DNA of 64,000 nucleotides from Paraspadella gotoi (taxonomy: Eukaryota; Animalia; Chaetognatha): contig CM119269.1 of assembly GCA_051294375.1 (NCBI GenBank), positions 22,617,808-22,681,807 of the forward strand, given 5' to 3'. A program made the position numbers and the translations under genes. Below are positions 58,215 through 64,000 of this stretch, in pieces. Below the pieces are notes generated by a model, which saw nothing but the letters and a program-made list of their open reading frames with translations, was not told the DNA's origin and searched no databases. The first letter of the stretch is position 1. The number at the start of each line of letters is the position of its first letter.

Positions 58215-58532
58215 CTATTTCCGATTGGATATAAGAACAAAAGCCGCGGGTAAAATCAAAAAGCAAATTGACAAAAAATTGGCATCGTATTTAGCCGCTT
58301 GCTCGATCAGGTCCGCGAAGAGAAACACCGCTTCAATTACTGCTTCACGTCTGAATGGATTTTTGAAATATGGTGGACGAATCAACTCTGATTCACACTT
58401 ATCTAAGATGTTGATGAAGCCTTTCATTGACTTGAACTCGTCCCTGTCAAAGTGTGGCTGCACATCTGGGTTAACTCCGTCCAAAACCAACTGAAAGTTA
58501 TCAGGTTTAAGATCTTTTTTGGTTTCGCTCAT
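58215..58532 (-). CDS. Hypothetical ORF or exon of unknown origin (~105 aa from MSETKK)
   Basis: Non-repetitive, globular-looking translation (MSETKKDLKPDNFQLVLDGVNPDVQPHFDRDEFKSMKGFINILDKCESELIRPPYFKNPFRREAVIEAVFLFADLIEQAAKYD...) in a microsatellite-free block. No family recognised. Confidence 0.3.
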   Translation of the reverse strand: MSETKKDLKPDNFQLVLDGVNPDVQPHFDRDEFKSMKGFINILDKCESELIRPPYFKNPFRREAVIEAVFLFADLIEQAAKYDANFLSICFLILPAAFVLISNRK

Positions 58533-59554
58533 TCTTGAGAGAAAATATAAGATTAAGGAAATCGTGAAAAAAAGAACAATGACTAAAAAATTTAAAAAGA
58601 TCCTTAGGAGCCTTTTGTTTTTTATACAATTTGATAAAATGACGACAGAGGCGCTCAAGACAGGTAGAAAAGAAAAACAAAATAACAAGAAGTGATTTTC
58701 TTAGAGAAAAATTGATAAAAACTATTTTTTTAAGTGTTTCTTTTGGCCTCAGTAGCAGAAACATTTGTGAATGTATCAAAATTCAAAAACAGTTTGTGGG
58801 AAATTATTTGCAAATTTTTTTAGATGCCAGGGATAGACAAGGCAATAGGCATGGCAAACAGCAGGAAATAAAAAAAGTGAAAAAGAGAATAGGATTTTGT
58901 TTGTTCAATAACAAAATAATTTTTTGATGTATATTAGAAAAGAGAGTCAACGACAATCGAGAGAAAACGCTAATCACTTATCAGTTGGCAACTATTTGTA
59001 ATCTTGTGATATCCAATGGGAAAAAGCCAGAAATATCGTGGCACATTTTAAAAATTGACTATGTTTATGTTTAATGTGTGTACATTTAAAGAGTTTATAC
59101 CTCGTAAAAATTTCCTTAATATGATAAATATCCAGTTCGATTTTTGTCGATCTTGCTTTTTAGATTTTCTCTTTTCTCTCTTGACCCATTCTCGAATTGT
59201 TTACTTTTCATTTAACTTCTTAATTTATTCAATTATATCAATTCGCCGAGTGCATTTAATTATCGATGCAGAAAGAAGAAAAAGNNNNNNNNNNNNNNNN
59301 NNNNNNNNNAGCACTTACTTTCTCTAACACTGGATGATCGTTTGTTAAAACAAGTTGAGCAAACAATGTGCGTGATCTGCCGTAGACGATAATTAGGCCT
59401 AATAAGCTAATCCGATGATAATATCATGGTATTTTTCTGACGTCTCAATTGGATTAAAACAAAATCATAACAGATCTTTATTCAGAAATCCGATAATGAC
59501 AAACTATCTAACAATCAATTGATCTAATTCAATCATTACCAGTTAGCTGTGCCT

Positions 59555-60310
59555 AATGCCAACTTTTCATGAATTTACGTCAACTTGCATAATTTGCGTT
59601 AATTTAAGTAATTTTATAATTGTGCTAATGCATAATCTCTGGTTCAATCTTGCGATAATTTGGTCAACAGGCATAATTTTGTCAAACTGGGCATAATTGG
59701 GTGCAAGACTTGCGATATGAGTGTGCGGGTCAACAGCATAATGTTGGTCAGACTGGCATAATTGGGATCAAACAGCGATGATTTTTGTCAAGGTCTGGCA
59801 TAATGTGCATAACTGATGTAATTTGGTCAAAGTGAACGTTATATATATATATGGTAAATTGGACTGCGGCTTTGGTGTCCGACGTTACTTAGATTTGGAC
59901 AACTCTGGCAATAAATATTGGATTTAACTGATAATTAATGTCAAATGAACGTGTAATTTGGACACAACAGGCATTAATTTGGCGTTCAGATGGCCTAATT
60001 TGCTAAACCGCGATTAAGATGTTGGTCAACTATGGCATATTTGGGTCAACTCGGTATATTTTGGTCAACTGGCATAATTTGGTTAACAACGAAGGATGGC
60101 ATATTTTGGTAAACTTGCATAATTTCGAGTCAACGTTCATAATATAATGCAACTTGCAGTGGTATTGGGTAAACTGGCATAATTTGGTCAACAGGCATAA
60201 TTTATTGTTTCAACTGGCATAATGTTGGATCAACTGGCATAATTTGGTCCCACTTGTATAATTGGTCAACTTCCAGAATGTGATACACCTGAATTAATTT
60301 GATCAACTGC
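59555..60310 (+). repeat. 18 bp satellite (GGCATAATTTGGTCAACT), noisy copy
   Basis: Many degenerate units; the same array occurs at 62645-63181. Confidence 0.8.
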
Positions 60311-62644
60311 GCGCAACACTTGGGTTCTATTCTTGCATTACTTTCTTCGAATGTGACGGCATTATCTTGCGATCAGACGTGGCGCAAGTGAATTTGGTTT
60401 AGTGCCGACATCTCTTATCAGAGTCAGAGGACCAGGATATACTACTACACATACTCCATTCTGTAATTTGTAGAGTAGAGCTCTTTTTCCACTCCTACGC
60501 ATTCTATTCAAAAAATTTGAGTATCCACCCGCATATCCTTAATTCCTCCAACACGACGCAAAAAATGTTACATGATCTTAATAGAGCTCTATCTATCCAA
60601 TTTTCAAATCAATGATCCATAATTATGAGTAAAGTATAAGTAAAAATTCTTCAATAAATATGACTTTGTTTTTATAGGTCGATCTGCTTATCAGCAGATC
60701 CGACTCTTAATCATTATATCACTTTTTCGGTCCGTCGGTCCGCCCCCTCAATTGTCGGGCACTAACTTATATCATGTCAGAACATCGAATTATATAAATT
60801 ATGCAAAAAAAAATGATGTCTCCGTCCGTCTGTCTGTCCTGTCTTCCGTCCTGTCCGTTCCCACTTACAACAAAAAACCACCAATTACTCGTGACTGGAT
60901 GGATGGATTAGAATGAAATTGTGTGGTGATAGGTAAGTGGGTACTCTGGTTTGATCTGAGGCCACTTCTTCCGATATGATCGTTATATTCTCATATGATT
61001 CCGATCACGAGACGTCTGATATATAAAAATACCGGACAATACGGATATATATCACTATTTTGAACACCAATTCTCGATGAGTGGATGGGCTGATTGACCG
61101 GGCAATTGTAGTGGGTAGGGAAAGGTGTGAGATTTGAACAGAGTAAATCAAGATTTTCGATAGAACTTAGTTTGTCCGTGGAAAATGAGTTAAATGCGAA
61201 AAAACAAAAAAACCTGGTTTACTAGATTGATTATGCGTTCTTTGTCCTGTATAATTAATGTGATATGCCAGAGTATTAATAAATCCAAATAGATAATCAT
61301 AATGTAGATCAGATTAGTAAAATGAAGGGAGTTAGATCAGATGAATTAATTAATTACGTTCCAATCAATCCGTCCATCCCGGTCCGCATCTTAGCAAAAA
61401 GCCTCCAATAAACTCGTGGGAGGTGGGCTGGCGTGGTGGATGGGAAGTTAAATTTGTGTTGGGGTAGGAAAGTGTGTGATAAAGGTGATGATGAAAAGTT
61501 TCGATGAATCGTTATTGAGTGGAAATTAGTTTTAAATGGAAAAGAACAGTAGTCGGAATTTACTAAAATCATTTTTACGTATTTTAACCAATAAATACTC
61601 CTAATTATCATTTTCACTAGATGAGTTGAAATTTTGGCTGGGGAGAGAACGTAGGACGAAGCTTTGATATAAAGTTTCAGTTGGAAATACCAGGAAATGA
61701 GTTTAAAATGAAAAAATATGTATCAGTCACATTTAGCTTGAACTTTTTAGTTTTATTTGTATACCGCATATAGGATTGAGGATGAAATTTTGTGAGCCGT
61801 AGGAAATTGAGTGAAGAAAGCTAGATAGAAAGTTTTACTGAATGCAATTTGAAAAAATTATCGCAAGTTTGAAAAAATGATGCAACGTTAAAAAAAAATC
61901 TTAAAAGCATAAGGAATCGTCTCTATTGCATAAAAAGAGAGAGAGAGAAGAGAGAAGAAGAAGAGGAGGAAGAGAGAGAGGGAGTGACGCGAGAGAAAGA
62001 GGGGAGAGGAGTGAAGGAAGAGAGAGAGAGAAGGAGACATAAAAATATAAGAAATCTTAAAGAGGGTCAATATCGACCAGGAGCCCACTATCGAGAGAAA
62101 CGAATAATGGAAAGAAAGCGGAAGAGAATAACGAGGATGGAATCGATGCATAGACGAATGTTTGAGGTGTACTAGTAAGTTGAGGTGAGGGTGAATATAA
62201 TTGATATGAATAGTAATTTATTAGTGTTCATAGGAATTAGATGATTGATTCAGTGATAATCAATATTGTGCGGGGATGATAGTCATTCGCTGCTGTTGAA
62301 TGATAGTCATTCAGTATGCGATTGATTTCAGTTCATGGATGTCGGATGGATTGGCATTCATGATGCGATTAGTCAAGAAAACAAAAAGATGCGGGTTATG
62401 AGTGAGAAGAGGAGAGAGGAGAGAGAGAAAGAGGAGAGCATAAGAAAAAGAGAGAGAAAGAAAGAGAGAGGAGAGGAGAAGAGAGAGGAGAAGAGAGAGA
62501 GAGAAAGAAGAGAATAAATCCACGAAAATCGTCGGAGATGAAAAATATGGATTTGTATTGAAAAAGCGCCGGAATAAACTGCAATTATAAAAAGTTTTAG
62601 AAAGCAAAAAATAACCAGAATGTTTTTCAAAAAAGATCTCTCTC

Positions 62645-63181
62645 CACTGGCATAATTTGGTTAACTTGCATAATTTGGTTAACTGATATAATTTTGTCAA
62701 ATAATGTAATTTGGACAACAGGCATAATTTGCTTAAATTTGCCCTAAATAATGCTAAACCACCGGCATATAAATTTTGTCAACTGAGCATCGAATTATGG
62801 TCAACTATGGTAATAAAGCAAGATTTGGTCCAAAGCTGCGCAATATTTGATCTTAGAGCTGGCATATATTTGGTTAAATACTTAGAGCCATGAAAGTTCG
62901 ATCATCTTTGGCATATAATATCATCAAACCTTGCATCATTTGTGGTGAAACTGGCGCATGAGATTCTGGTCTCCAGATCAGGCATAAATATCTTGGGTCC
63001 CAACCTGGCAAGTAAAAGTTGTTGGTCAAACTGAGCAATACATTTCGGATGGTCAACTTGTATAATTTGGTCAACTTGCAAAATGTGATAAACTGGAATA
63101 ATTTGATCAACTGGCATAATTTGGTCAACTTGCATAATTTTGTCAATTGACGGAATTTGGTCAACTGGCATAATTTGGTCA
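62645..63181 (+). repeat. 18 bp satellite (GGCATAATTTGGTCAACT)
   Basis: Clean units at both ends; this explains the LTKLCQ and VDQIMP ORFs. Confidence 0.85.
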
Positions 63182-63239
63182 ATCAATCCATCAATTAATC
63201 AATCAGAGAGAGATACTTTTAAAAATTGAAATAAATGGT

Positions 63240-63726
63240 TTTCTAATTTAAACTCTTTTCCACTCCTACGATTCTATCAAAAAATTTATATCCAGCTTAA
63301 TCTCATAGTTTCCTACCAACACACAAAATTTCATTTCAATTTATCTATCCAATTTTTAATCAATATCATAATTATGAGTAAATATAAGTAAAAATTCTTC
63401 AAGTAAATATGACTTTTGTTTTTTAAAATTTAAACTCATTTTCACTCGCACGATTCCATCGAAACTTTATATCCAGCTCAATCACACACTTTACCACCCA
63501 CACACAAAATTTCATTACAATCACGAGTATCACGAGTAATTGGAGTTTAATGCTAAGTGGGGATGGATGGACAGACGGACGGACGGACGGACGGACGTCT
63601 TTTTTTTTCATAATTTATTATAATTCGATATTCTGATATGATAAAAATGATTTACCGACAAGATTTTGTGGGTGGACCGACCGACCGACAAAGTGAATTA
63701 TAGAGATAAGCAGATCCGACTAAAAA
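63240..63726. mobile_element. Family C element copy
   Basis: Same internal repeats, (GGAC)n microsatellite and AAGCAGATCCGACTAAAAA end as 55936-56440. Confidence 0.6.
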
Positions 63727-64000
63727 TAGAGGGCGAGATAATTTCATTGACAGAAAACTAAGTTTTTTAAGCCCAAGAAATAAAAGACTTAATAAATATA
63801 GAAATTATTTGAAATTAAACAATAAGCCAATAAGCTGTTCTTGAAGTTATAATAAAAATGTATCATGCAAATAATTTATCCTTCGACCGTCATAAAGTTC
63901 ACCTTTACTTTATTTACAATCTTAAATTCCTAAACTAAAGGCCAAATTTCGTGGTCGACCAATTACAGTTGGTTTCCAACTTTCAACCCTACAAAGTGAC

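Overview
AT-rich, microsatellite-laden, intron-containing eukaryotic DNA, most likely from an invertebrate animal. I infer this from the X11/Mint, cathepsin L and VWA3B-like genes; no species can be named. The first ~25 kb is gene-dense. It holds a VWA3B-like gene (-, running off the window), TSEN54 (+), RNPC3/U11-U12-65K (+), cathepsin L (+) and an APBA/X11/Mint PTB-PDZ-PDZ gene (-). A sixth gene, invisible in the ORF track, can be pieced together from about 14 small exons over 21.6-51.8 kb (-). It encodes an unusual TPR + right-handed beta-helix + MYND zinc finger + coiled-coil protein. Its introns contain a ~3.4 kb tandem duplication and a ~7.3 kb-arm palindrome. Both adjoin 25-N gaps and have indel-rich second copies, so they are probably gap-filling or fold-back artefacts. 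Several interspersed repeat families are visible: a ~300 bp intronic repeat, a tRNA-like SINE, a MITE with a telomere-like core, a Helentron/DINE-1-like element and an octamer-containing motif. There are also satellites, two candidate GC-AG introns with an identical donor, duplicated splice donors, and plausible RFX X-box and TFEB CLEAR promoter motifs. The last ~8 kb is low quality and contains a possible degraded cloning-vector read. All exon structures are manual predictions; no database searches were run.
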